Assembly (NCBI GenBank): GCA_020184695.1
Contig: JAANOX010000205.1
Coordinates: 434,001-498,000, forward strand
Length of the DNA stretch: 64,000 bases
Reading direction: 5' to 3'
Source: Histomonas meleagridis 2922-C6/04-290x
Lineage: Eukaryota; Protista; Parabasalia
Each line of letters opens with the position of its first letter. Within the stretch, counting starts at the first letter, position 1. Position numbers and translations under genes: made by a program. Positions 20,592 to 29,514 of the stretch are shown here, piece by piece. The notes below the pieces were generated by a model. It had not been told where the DNA came from and did not search any database. It was given only the letters and a program-made list of their open reading frames with translations.

Positions 20592-21521
20592 TTACTCTTT
20601 ATCTTTCGCATCATCACTTTCACTATTCTTGTTTTCTTTTTCTTTCTCTTTGCCTTTTCCATCATCATTATCATCCTTCTTCATATACTTATCTCGTAAT
20701 TCTTCTACATCAACAGTTTCATCTTCTAATTCAAGATCTCGAAGTCTGTCGTTCAGTTCTTCAATTTCATCAAGTAATCTGTTGATTCTTCCATTCATCT
20801 TTTTCTCTTTGCGTTGTTTCTTTTCTTTCGCTTCCTGAAGTGCTGTTTCTGTTTCTGTTTGCGAAAGAAGTGCAGATCGTTCATGTCGAACTTCTTGTGA
20901 CTGTGGAATGGTGCATGGCTTCGTATTGTCAAACTCTTTCTTCGTTTTGTTGACTTTGGACCTCAAAAATGATTTTTTGGATGAAAGTTCTTGATATTTG
21001 GTTTCAAGATCTGTGGCTGTTTGATATTTGTTACTAACGACACATGACGCAAGCTGTTGCTTTTGGGTTTGTGCTTGCTCGTGCGCAAGGTCTATGGTCT
21101 TTTTGTTTCGTTGGATTTCAATCATTAAATAAGCTTTTTCTTTTTGAAGACCAAGAGCAACTGATGGGTGATGCACGGACTTGGCTTTTTGAAGCTCTGT
21201 TTCTGCATCACGAATTTCAACTTCAAGCTCTGAAAGACGTTTTTTACAATCTTGCTCAGTTTGGGATCCTTCTGCATCGGCATCAAGATAATTGGCTAAA
21301 GCATTACCATAGCCTTCACGTTCTTTAAGCGTCTCACTTGCTTCTTGATATTCACGTTCAACTTGTTGATACTCATTCTCAGCTCTTCGATATTCGGTAA
21401 GCGCTTTTTTATATTCATCAATTAGGTATTCTTTTTCATGTAGGCCATCACCTCCTCTCCAATAAAATTCTTTGTGCTGAGATTGTGATGGTGTTCTCTT
21501 TGCAAACGGAACCCTTGACAT
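20592..21521 (-). CDS. Coiled-coil hypothetical protein
   Basis: 309-aa ATG ORF rich in heptad-like E/K/Q/L, with coding-like composition. Confidence 0.75.
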   Translation of the reverse strand: MSRVPFAKRTPSQSQHKEFYWRGGDGLHEKEYLIDEYKKALTEYRRAENEYQQVEREYQEASETLKEREGYGNALANYLDADAEGSQTEQDCKKRLSELEVEIRDAETELQKAKSVHHPSVALGLQKEKAYLMIEIQRNKKTIDLAHEQAQTQKQQLASCVVSNKYQTATDLETKYQELSSKKSFLRSKVNKTKKEFDNTKPCTIPQSQEVRHERSALLSQTETETALQEAKEKKQRKEKKMNGRINRLLDEIEELNDRLRDLELEDETVDVEELRDKYMKKDDNDDGKGKEKEKENKNSESDDAKDKE

Positions 21522-21697
21522 ATGGACTAACGAACAATTCTATAAAATATTTTGTCCATACATTTGATCGGTACAAAAAGTCGAAAATAAACGGCCTATA
21601 AACTTCCTTTCCAAAAAACTCTATTCACTACATGAAACATATTTTGAATTTGTTTTTTCTTAAAAAAAATATACAACTGCAAATCTTATTTATTTTT

Positions 21698-22825
21698 TTA
21701 AATGAGATAGAACAGAAAAAGAATTAATGTACCGCACAAATAAGCAAGCCAATTTGTATTTTTGGGAAGCAAAAGGATTCCAAGAAGTGAAAGCAACAAC
21801 GCAATGATGGTTAATACGTAAGGTTGATGTTTTTTCCATTGTTCAACATAATCATCATCATTAAACTCTTCATTGCAAAACTTCGACTTCATGAAGTAAT
21901 AAAACATTTTATTTTGTCTTGAAACAGATTTTTCAATAAATTCCTTATCATATACTTCAACATTAAAGTCAAGTGAATAGGCGCCACGATACGTAACGGT
22001 CTCTCCCTCCTTTTTGAAAAATAACTGAAAACGCATATTCAAAACGTTTGAATCTGAAGTTCTTGAAAATTTGGAATAAACATCAAAAGCTAAAGAGTCG
22101 CCAGACTTCATAATGTTGTTTGTTGATGTTACACTTAGTGGTTGAAACATTGGTTGAACATAATGAACAGTTCTTGTTAGGCCATCTTTGTTTCTGGTCC
22201 AATCTGAAACAGCTAATCCAGTACTACCAAACATTGTTAGAATTTCAGTTATGTTTTCAGGCTTTTTGAGGATTTCAATAATTGTTTTGAGATTCGTATT
22301 GATTGTTTCTTCAAATACATGAGGAGCCTTAAGGAGAGTAATCCTTTTGATAACTTCTGTTTCATCTTTTGAATTAAATCCAAACGATTGATTAACACGA
22401 CAATGAGATTCTGTTAGAAGTTTAATGAATGAGACAATTTTATCTCGATTTTGAAATGAACTAAAAATTACCTTTTGTGAATCTGAAAGAACAATTTCTA
22501 GTCCTTTCTCAAAGCCGCGTCGATTTATTTTAGCAAGTATTTTTATATCACTAAAATCAATTTCAACAGACCATTGATATATATTATGTTTTGGAACAAA
22601 TGTTAACGAATTATATGTGATTACCATGTCTCCTTGGATTGTTTTCCCTTCTGGAGATGAATAATATCCACTTGATTTGAAAATTATATCAGAAGATTTT
22701 GGAATATTTGTTGCATATTTAATATATGAAGTGGAAGAAATGGAAGATTTAGAACCTTCGCTTAAATCGTCTGAAAGTGATGGAAAACGGTCAAGAACAA
22801 CTGATCTTTCTGTGTTTGATATCAT
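21698..22825 (-). CDS. GRAM + VASt (StART-like) domain protein with a C-terminal TM (Lam/Aster-like lipid transfer protein)
   Basis: GRAM region QGDMVITYNSLTF...IDFSDI...FSSFQNRDK, VASt-like AVSDWT...TRTVHY, and two hydrophobic C-terminal segments. Confidence 0.75.
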   Translation of the reverse strand: MISNTERSVVLDRFPSLSDDLSEGSKSSISSTSYIKYATNIPKSSDIIFKSSGYYSSPEGKTIQGDMVITYNSLTFVPKHNIYQWSVEIDFSDIKILAKINRRGFEKGLEIVLSDSQKVIFSSFQNRDKIVSFIKLLTESHCRVNQSFGFNSKDETEVIKRITLLKAPHVFEETINTNLKTIIEILKKPENITEILTMFGSTGLAVSDWTRNKDGLTRTVHYVQPMFQPLSVTSTNNIMKSGDSLAFDVYSKFSRTSDSNVLNMRFQLFFKKEGETVTYRGAYSLDFNVEVYDKEFIEKSVSRQNKMFYYFMKSKFCNEEFNDDDYVEQWKKHQPYVLTIIALLLSLLGILLLPKNTNWLAYLCGTLILFLFYLI

Positions 22826-22889
22826 CCTCCATGAAATTGAGAAAGTTTGTTCGGATATTATTGAATATGTTCGTTTGAATTGTGGGAGA

Positions 22890-24299
22890 ATGTTCTCAAG
22901 GTTTTTTATTTTAAAGCGTTATTTTTGGATCAGATTTATAGTTTTTATTTTCCTTTTTTTAGCTTTTATCCAATTGATTTTAATGCCAAAGACAACTTCT
23001 AATAAAACTATTTATCCAAAATCAATTAATTCAATTCGAAAGAATGAAATGCCCCATATGAATAGTGGTGTTTATCTGGACTTTACAGGAGCAGGCGTTT
23101 ATAATGATAGAGTTTTTGATGAATATAAAAACGAAGTATTAAATTCATTTTACCCAATAAATCATTCATTGCATTCACACAAGAAAACACAAGAAGAAGT
23201 TGTTGAAGAAATTAGGCAAGAAATTCTTGATTTTGTTGGTGCATCTAAAAATAAATTCTCAGTGATTTTTGTTGCTAGCGCCACACAAGCGCTCAAAACA
23301 ATAGGAGAAAACTTTCCATGGAAGCCATGTTCCAAGTATGCATATACTAAATATAATCATAACTCAGTTCTTGGAATTCGGAAATATGCAATAAGATCCA
23401 ATTCAAGTTTTATCCCACTTGCTTGGCCTCCAAATATCACAGAACTCAAATCCATCAAAACGGAACCTAATTGTCCCAATTTATTTGCGTTTCCTTTTGA
23501 AGATAATTTTGCAGGAACTAAACCATCTCCAAATTTTATTCACGAAGTTACCACAAACAAAGACATTTTAAACAATTGGTATATTCTTGGTGATGTTGCT
23601 GCATATTTACCTACAAATCCTCTGAACCTTAGCGAAACTTTTCTTGACGCATCAGTTCTATCGTTCTACAAAATTTTAGGGTACCCCAACACCGGTGCAT
23701 TAATAATTAGTAACAGATTAAAGAAGCATTTACATAAAACTACATTTAGTCTTCATTCATCTTTATCTATTCTTGAAGATGATGAAGTCCCGATTATGTT
23801 AAACATGGCAGTTCTTTCAGGTCTTCGATATCTAAAAGAAATTGGGATGAAAGAAGTACAAAAACATGTTTCACGACTTACGAATAAACTCTATAAAGGA
23901 TTAAACTCATTTATTCATTCGAATGGGCAAAAGGCTATTGAAATATATGGGAATCATCAAATTGGAGATGATTCATTTCAAGGCGGAATTGTATCATTTA
24001 ATGTCAAGAGAACTGATGGTGGTTATCATGGCTATTCCAAAATAGTATCTGAAGCAAGTAAAGCGGGATTCCATTTGAGGGGAGGATGCCAATGCAATCC
24101 TGGCGCATGCTTTGAGTCAATGAAAATAAGTGAAGACAAAGTGCGCAGTTATTACGACAAAAAAACAACTTGTGGCGATAACAATGATATCATCGATGGA
24201 ATTCCATTGGGAGCTGTAAGAGCATCTCTTGGTTGGGCTTCAACTGATAGTGATGTTGATTCTTTTTTGGAATGGATTAATGACAACTATGTCTTTTGA
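22890..24299 (+). CDS. Molybdenum-cofactor-sulfurase-like PLP-dependent enzyme (aminotransferase class V) with an N-terminal signal anchor and no MOSC domain
   Basis: YLDFTGAG, ASATQAL, NHNSVLGIR, SFYK (PLP lysine), HLRGGCQCNPGAC and GAVRASLG. The probable start is ATG 22890, followed by FWIRFIVFIFLFLAFIQLILM. Confidence 0.88.
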   Translation: MFSRFFILKRYFWIRFIVFIFLFLAFIQLILMPKTTSNKTIYPKSINSIRKNEMPHMNSGVYLDFTGAGVYNDRVFDEYKNEVLNSFYPINHSLHSHKKTQEEVVEEIRQEILDFVGASKNKFSVIFVASATQALKTIGENFPWKPCSKYAYTKYNHNSVLGIRKYAIRSNSSFIPLAWPPNITELKSIKTEPNCPNLFAFPFEDNFAGTKPSPNFIHEVTTNKDILNNWYILGDVAAYLPTNPLNLSETFLDASVLSFYKILGYPNTGALIISNRLKKHLHKTTFSLHSSLSILEDDEVPIMLNMAVLSGLRYLKEIGMKEVQKHVSRLTNKLYKGLNSFIHSNGQKAIEIYGNHQIGDDSFQGGIVSFNVKRTDGGYHGYSKIVSEASKAGFHLRGGCQCNPGACFESMKISEDKVRSYYDKKTTCGDNNDIIDGIPLGAVRASLGWASTDSDVDSFLEWINDNYVF

Positions 24300-24444
24300 T
24301 GTTTTATTTGTTATAAAGAGATGTTTGATATATTTTAAGGTATTAATTATTTGAAATTGAATTCCAAACGTCGAATCAAATTTTGTGCAGAGAAAACCTA
24401 TTGTGCACCTTAATATTCGTAAGATTCATTTTGTTATGATGGAA

Positions 24445-24446
<2 letters not shown>

Positions 24447-24476
<30 letters not shown>
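24447..24476. repeat. (AT)15 microsatellite
   Basis: 30 bp of perfect AT dinucleotide. Confidence 0.97.
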
Positions 24477-24482
<6 letters not shown>

Positions 24483-24818
24483 TGAAATTTGTGAGAGAAC
24501 CACCTCGATCACGACAAGTCCTCTCCAAACTTTGATCCCTTTATAAAATCTGCTTTTTGTTGATGAATATGTATATTTTTTCCATGATAATATAAGTGCA
24601 ATCGGATTTTATGAAAAATTAAAGAAATACTTAAATGAAAATATATTGTTGAAAATAGTTTTGATGTAAACTGTTCGCTATTAAATATTCATATTATTAT
24701 ATATGTTTAAAAATGTTTTTATAGCATTTATTTTTTATTAAATTATCTAAAATAATTTCATTAAATAAATTTAATAAATAAGAAAATTATTTTGTTCTTA
24801 GAATATATTTATATATAT

Positions 24819-25136
24819 CTATCTATTAAATTTTTCAACTTTGAAATCGTCTGCAAATGGATTTTCTTCAATATTTGAATAATTATTAATCCCAACTGAA
24901 AATGTATTATCTATTTCATTAATTTTATTATTATTATTATTTTCTTCTGAATTGTTCATTTCTTCTTCATTTTGTTTTCGCTTCTTATTTTGATATTTAA
25001 TCATAAATATTATTATTATCATTATAAATACAATAATTATTACAATAACAATTATAATGACAATTAATGTATTATTATCATCAGTGCTTATTATTACATT
25101 TTCTATATAAGAAATGTAAAACATTACCAAACCCAA
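24819..25136 (-). pseudogene. Orphan TM + cytoplasmic-tail fragment of a surface protein
   Basis: TLIVIIIVIVIIIVFIMIIIIFMI-KYQNKKRKQ...IEENPFADDF. It has no stalk or intact ectodomain, and the track start is a TTG. Confidence 0.7.
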
Positions 25137-25229
25137 TTGGTGGCGCAGAACCTTTTATTAGTTTCTCCTTCCAAACACAAATGATATTCTGATGTGAACC
25201 TTCTTTCGATTGCTTAAAATGAAAATGAT

Positions 25230-25785
25230 TTGAGATCAAACAAAGAAGAAGCTGATTCAATGAAAGAAAAGTTTTTAATTCCTGAATCCGATCATTTAAC
25301 GTTATTAAATGTATTTAACATTTGGTCATCAATCGGTAAAACTGCATCAAGTGACGTGATCGTGAAATAGAACGCGCTTCTTGGTCCAGGAAACATTTCT
25401 TACATAATGTCTTATTGATTAAAGCGAATGAAAAACGGAAGCAATTAATCGATATAGCGAAAGAAGCGAAACTCGAAATTACGAGTTGTAAAGATTGGAC
25501 TATCGTACGAAAGGCAATATGTTCTGCATATTTCCATCAGGCTGCAAGGTTACAAGGACTGAATGAATACGTAAACTTGCACATGGGCGTGAAATGTTAT
25601 TTGCATCCGTCTTCTTCTTTGACTGGCTTGGGTTATGTGCCTGAATACATTGTTTATCATGAATTGGTTTGACTTCGAAACATTTCATTCATGGAGTAAC
25701 TGCAGTGGACCCTTTGTGGCTGTCGCAAATGGCGCCCGAGTTCTTCACTGCAACTGACGCATTCGGCAACGTGCTGGAAGAGGTG
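25230..25785 (+). pseudogene. PRP16: 3' fragment of the spliceosomal DEAH helicase Prp16/DHX38 with two frameshifts
   Basis: KEEADSMKEKFLIPESDHLTLLNVF / SWSRKHFLH / DWTIVRKAICSAYFHQAARLQGLNEYVNL..G..C.LHPSSSL.GLGYVPEYIVYHELV / TSKHFIHGVTAVDPLWLSQMAPEFF. One-base deletions occur near 25353 and 25669, and the helicase core is absent. Confidence 0.88.
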
Positions 25786-26500
25786 TTCTTACAGTATTAT
25801 AATTCCGAATAAAATTACTGAAATTGCAAGTCATTTATTTTATCAATGTTCATCATTAGGAACAATAATTATTGAAGAAAGTGTCAAAAATATTAATGGG
25901 GATGCATTTGGTTATTGTACTTTATTAATAAACATTACAATTCCAAAATCAGTAACTTCAATTGAATCAGGTGTTTTTGAAGGATGTAGAAATCTTTAAT
26001 TTATTGATGTATCAAAAATTATGAAAATGATTACAATGGAATTTTTCATACTAAAATCTACCCACAAATTACTTGTTATCCATCAAGAATTCGGAATGAA
26101 ACATTTGAAATTCCAAATTCAATTCGAGCAATTGAAAGGTATGCATTTTCACATCGTTCATTTTTAACTAAAATTTCGATATTAGATTCAATTGTAACGA
26201 TTTTTGATTATACATTTCAATTTTGTTCATCATTAGAAACGATTATTGGAGAAAAAGTTGTGTTAATTGATTCATATGCATCTATTTATTGTACATCATT
26301 AAGAAACATTACAATTCCAAAATCAGTGAATTTATTTGGCACAGGTTTTTTTACAGGATGTACAAATCTTTTATTTAATGTATCAAAAGATAACAAACAT
26401 TATGCAAATGATGAAAATGGAATTCTTTATACTAAAAATTTTACAGCAATTATTTGTTATCCATCATAAATTCTGGATGAAACATATGAATCATTTGATA
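25786..26500 (+). pseudogene. Internal BspA-like LRR fragment with stops and frameshifts
   Basis: SIIIPNKITEIASHLFYQCSSL.TIII.ESVKNI...AFGYCTLL.NITIPKSVTSIESGVFEGCRNL* ... NGILYTKNFTAIICYPS*. It has the same repeat grammar as 29515-32106. Confidence 0.88.
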
Positions 26501-27566
26501 AACGAACTATGAATGTCTCGAGTTGTTGATACCTTTTGAATAGCGGTAAATAACTACACACACACTAAACAATTCCATTGTGTTGCTAGACAACACATTT
26601 CATTGTGGTGTGTTTTACACAAGCATGCACATGGGTAATTTTCTAAAGCAAAAAATTTTGTTTTAGCATTTTGACAATCAAACATATAATTTACACACAA
26701 AACTCTTATACAAATTACACATTCAAAATATATCTTATTTATATATTCATTTAATCATACATATATTTTCACACAAAAATATCGTTCTTCATAAACACAA
26801 GCTAAAACTAAAACATAAAATGTATTTTTACACAAATATTTGTTAATTAGACATATAAATTCACACGAAATTCTATCACTCAAAAGCTAAACCATATTTT
26901 TTTCATGAAAAATGTGTTAAAACACCCCATTTCTCCCTGCAAAGTTGCAAGCTCCCTGCAATGTCAAAATTACGATAAAAATAACCCAAAATATCGTTCT
27001 TCAAAAACACACACAAATTTTTTTTTTATAAAAATATATGATGATACTGTGATTTTTTAACAATACAAATTTCTACATATTCTTGGTATATCATTATTAT
27101 CAACACTAACATTATCATCAGAATAATCATTTTCTAAATCAACATTATTAATTTTGATATATACAGGTTTTTTACTATCACAATAATAAATATGTTTCTA
27201 CATATTTTTATATAAACTATACAAAAATATTAAAGCATCATATAATGATCGCCACTTTAGTGGCTCGAGCACAGAGTGCGATCTGGGTTATAATAACCTT
27301 ATCAAAATATATTTAATTACGTATCGAATTTTACATGTTTCTTATTGTCATGAATCATTATATTTATTTTTAGCTATCTTTCTATGATTATCTAAATATT
27401 TATTTAAATCATTAATTTTATTATATTTTAATAATAATTTTTCATTAAAAATATCAACTTTAGAGATATTAAATTTTTTATGTAATTCAGATGGACCATA
27501 ATATTATGTAATTTCAATGCACATGTTTCAATAAATTTATAATTTCCAAAATAGGAATTGTTTACT

Positions 27567-28910
27567 TTACTCCTCTGCCGAATGTACATTATTATTATCA
27601 TCTTCATGTTCAGCTTCTTCTTCATCTGCGTTATCTATTTGCATCACGTCCAACACCATTGGTCCTTCGTCTTCTTTTTCGTCGAACTGTTTGTACTCTT
27701 GTTCTGAGCTGGAATGCAACATGAACAAAATGAAAGAAGAGCATGTCAAATAAATGAAGTTCTTCAAGTTCACTTGTGTTTCTGAGAATATTTGCTTGCC
27801 AGTGGCGACGTAGTAGATGTCAGAATAGAAGGTCGATGCCAATATAAATAATGTGATCAATGAATAAAAGACAAGAACTCGGGCGCCAGAGGTACTCTTG
27901 ATGAAGGCCATCAACAAGAAGATACAAAGAACAACAATGTATAATATATCTACAAATAATAACATTTGCTCTGTCTGGAAAACTGGGACTAAAAAGTCGA
28001 AAGTATAGAAGGCGGAGCTTCTGTCAAATGAAGCGGCGCATTGAAGGATCGCATAAATAAAGAAAAATATTCCCATAGCAATATTGAGAATATATCCAAG
28101 ATTGTTGAACGAAAGTTTAATGATGAGTACCATAAGTACATACCTGAAAATGGTAAGGAATATGCTCATGGAAACTTGATTGAAGATATTCTCGGATGAA
28201 AATTGTAAGAAATATTGGAATGGATTGGTGGCCAATATACTGGAAAAGCCCAAGATGGTAAGTGAGAGATTGTTGTGGATCTTGAAACCATTGGAAAACA
28301 AAAATATGAAGAACATATATATTGATAAAAATGTCATAAGCATGTTATAAGACCTCTCATACTTAACAGCATTTGCGTTGTAGAAGGAAGAATCAAACTC
28401 AAGAGATGAAATCTTTTCGATATTACCAGTTAATGAAAATTTGATTTTGATTGAATCAAAATCTAAGATTTGTGACTTTAATACAGTGAATGGCTCCGAT
28501 CTTTCGGTAAAATCAAATGTTTGTTGGAATGTATTTTTCTCTGTCTTCTTTTCATCATTGTTGAAATATGTTGTTTCTACATCAATTTTGTAGTCAAGCT
28601 TTTCATTTGGTGTTGGGTTAGCTTTAATCAATGAACAGTTCATAATAATAAAACGATGTTCTTTTTGGATTTGACTTAGTGAAAGATCTAACTGTATTTC
28701 CTTATCAGAACCCTTTGCTCCGACGTTGAAAACATCTTTTTTGATTGAAACCGGAACTCTAGAATATGAAAATATGTGTAAAAATACATAAAAACAAAAT
28801 AGAAGAATTGTGATTACATAATTAAATGTCGATGTTGTCTCAACAAAGTATGAGGTTCTATCTATATGTGCTTCTGCTAATTCAACGTCTGAGAATTCTT
28901 TTTCTTCCAT
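27567..28910 (-). CDS. Multi-pass membrane protein, TMEM181/Wntless-like
   Basis: One N-terminal TM, a roughly 150-aa lumenal domain, about 7 further TMs including ILATNPFQYF (cf. LYNDPF in TMEM181), and an acidic tail. Confidence 0.5.
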   Translation of the reverse strand: MEEKEFSDVELAEAHIDRTSYFVETTSTFNYVITILLFCFYVFLHIFSYSRVPVSIKKDVFNVGAKGSDKEIQLDLSLSQIQKEHRFIIMNCSLIKANPTPNEKLDYKIDVETTYFNNDEKKTEKNTFQQTFDFTERSEPFTVLKSQILDFDSIKIKFSLTGNIEKISSLEFDSSFYNANAVKYERSYNMLMTFLSIYMFFIFLFSNGFKIHNNLSLTILGFSSILATNPFQYFLQFSSENIFNQVSMSIFLTIFRYVLMVLIIKLSFNNLGYILNIAMGIFFFIYAILQCAASFDRSSAFYTFDFLVPVFQTEQMLLFVDILYIVVLCIFLLMAFIKSTSGARVLVFYSLITLFILASTFYSDIYYVATGKQIFSETQVNLKNFIYLTCSSFILFMLHSSSEQEYKQFDEKEDEGPMVLDVMQIDNADEEEAEHEDDNNNVHSAEE

Positions 28911-29514
28911 TTTGGAATGGCCAAACTTTTTTCATTTCTATGAAAAACTTGTTTTTTGAATAGTTTACATGTCAAATTTTGATGTTTGGTTTTCTTTTGT
29001 TATTTGAAAATTGAAACACTCTCCTAACATATACACATAAAACAATAAATAATGAGTTTTATTGATGGTTATCATAAAAAATGAGTCTGTAAGAAGAATG
29101 TTTCAATTTTGATTTCAAATCTTGGAACGATTTTTAAACTCAACTCAAGTACTCATATGAGGCATTATGTGTATAGCACAATACTATTCATATTCTTTTT
29201 TTTTATGGAGTTGTGGTTTCTAAAGGCAAACTTATTTTCGACATGAAAACCGACGAAATGTCTTTTTTTTTAAATAAAACCGCCTGACTTTGCAGAATAC
29301 GATCTAACTTTTTGAATAAATATAATTGGACCGTTTTTGATCAAGCAGAAGTTCTGAACAAATGTTTAAAATGTAAGAAACTTAAAAAATTCTGATTATT
29401 TTAGGAACATGTCAAAATGTGCATCTTATTTAAATTCAGTGGAATGAATAATAAAAACTTAAAATCAATGAATTTATACTTTTAACATTAAAAAATAAAT
29501 TATTATACAAATTT

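Noticed and set aside
22677-22889. 149-bp antisense overlap between the MOCOS-like and GRAM-VASt ORFs
   Set aside because: This is an artefact of a non-ATG upstream extension in the ORF track. Homology and the signal anchor start at ATG 22890.
24400-27300. Complete Helitron or Maverick element
   Set aside because: There is no Rep/helicase, integrase or polB ORF, no clear 5' TC or 3' CTRR-T junction, and no long TIRs. It is kept only as a hypothesis in the findings.
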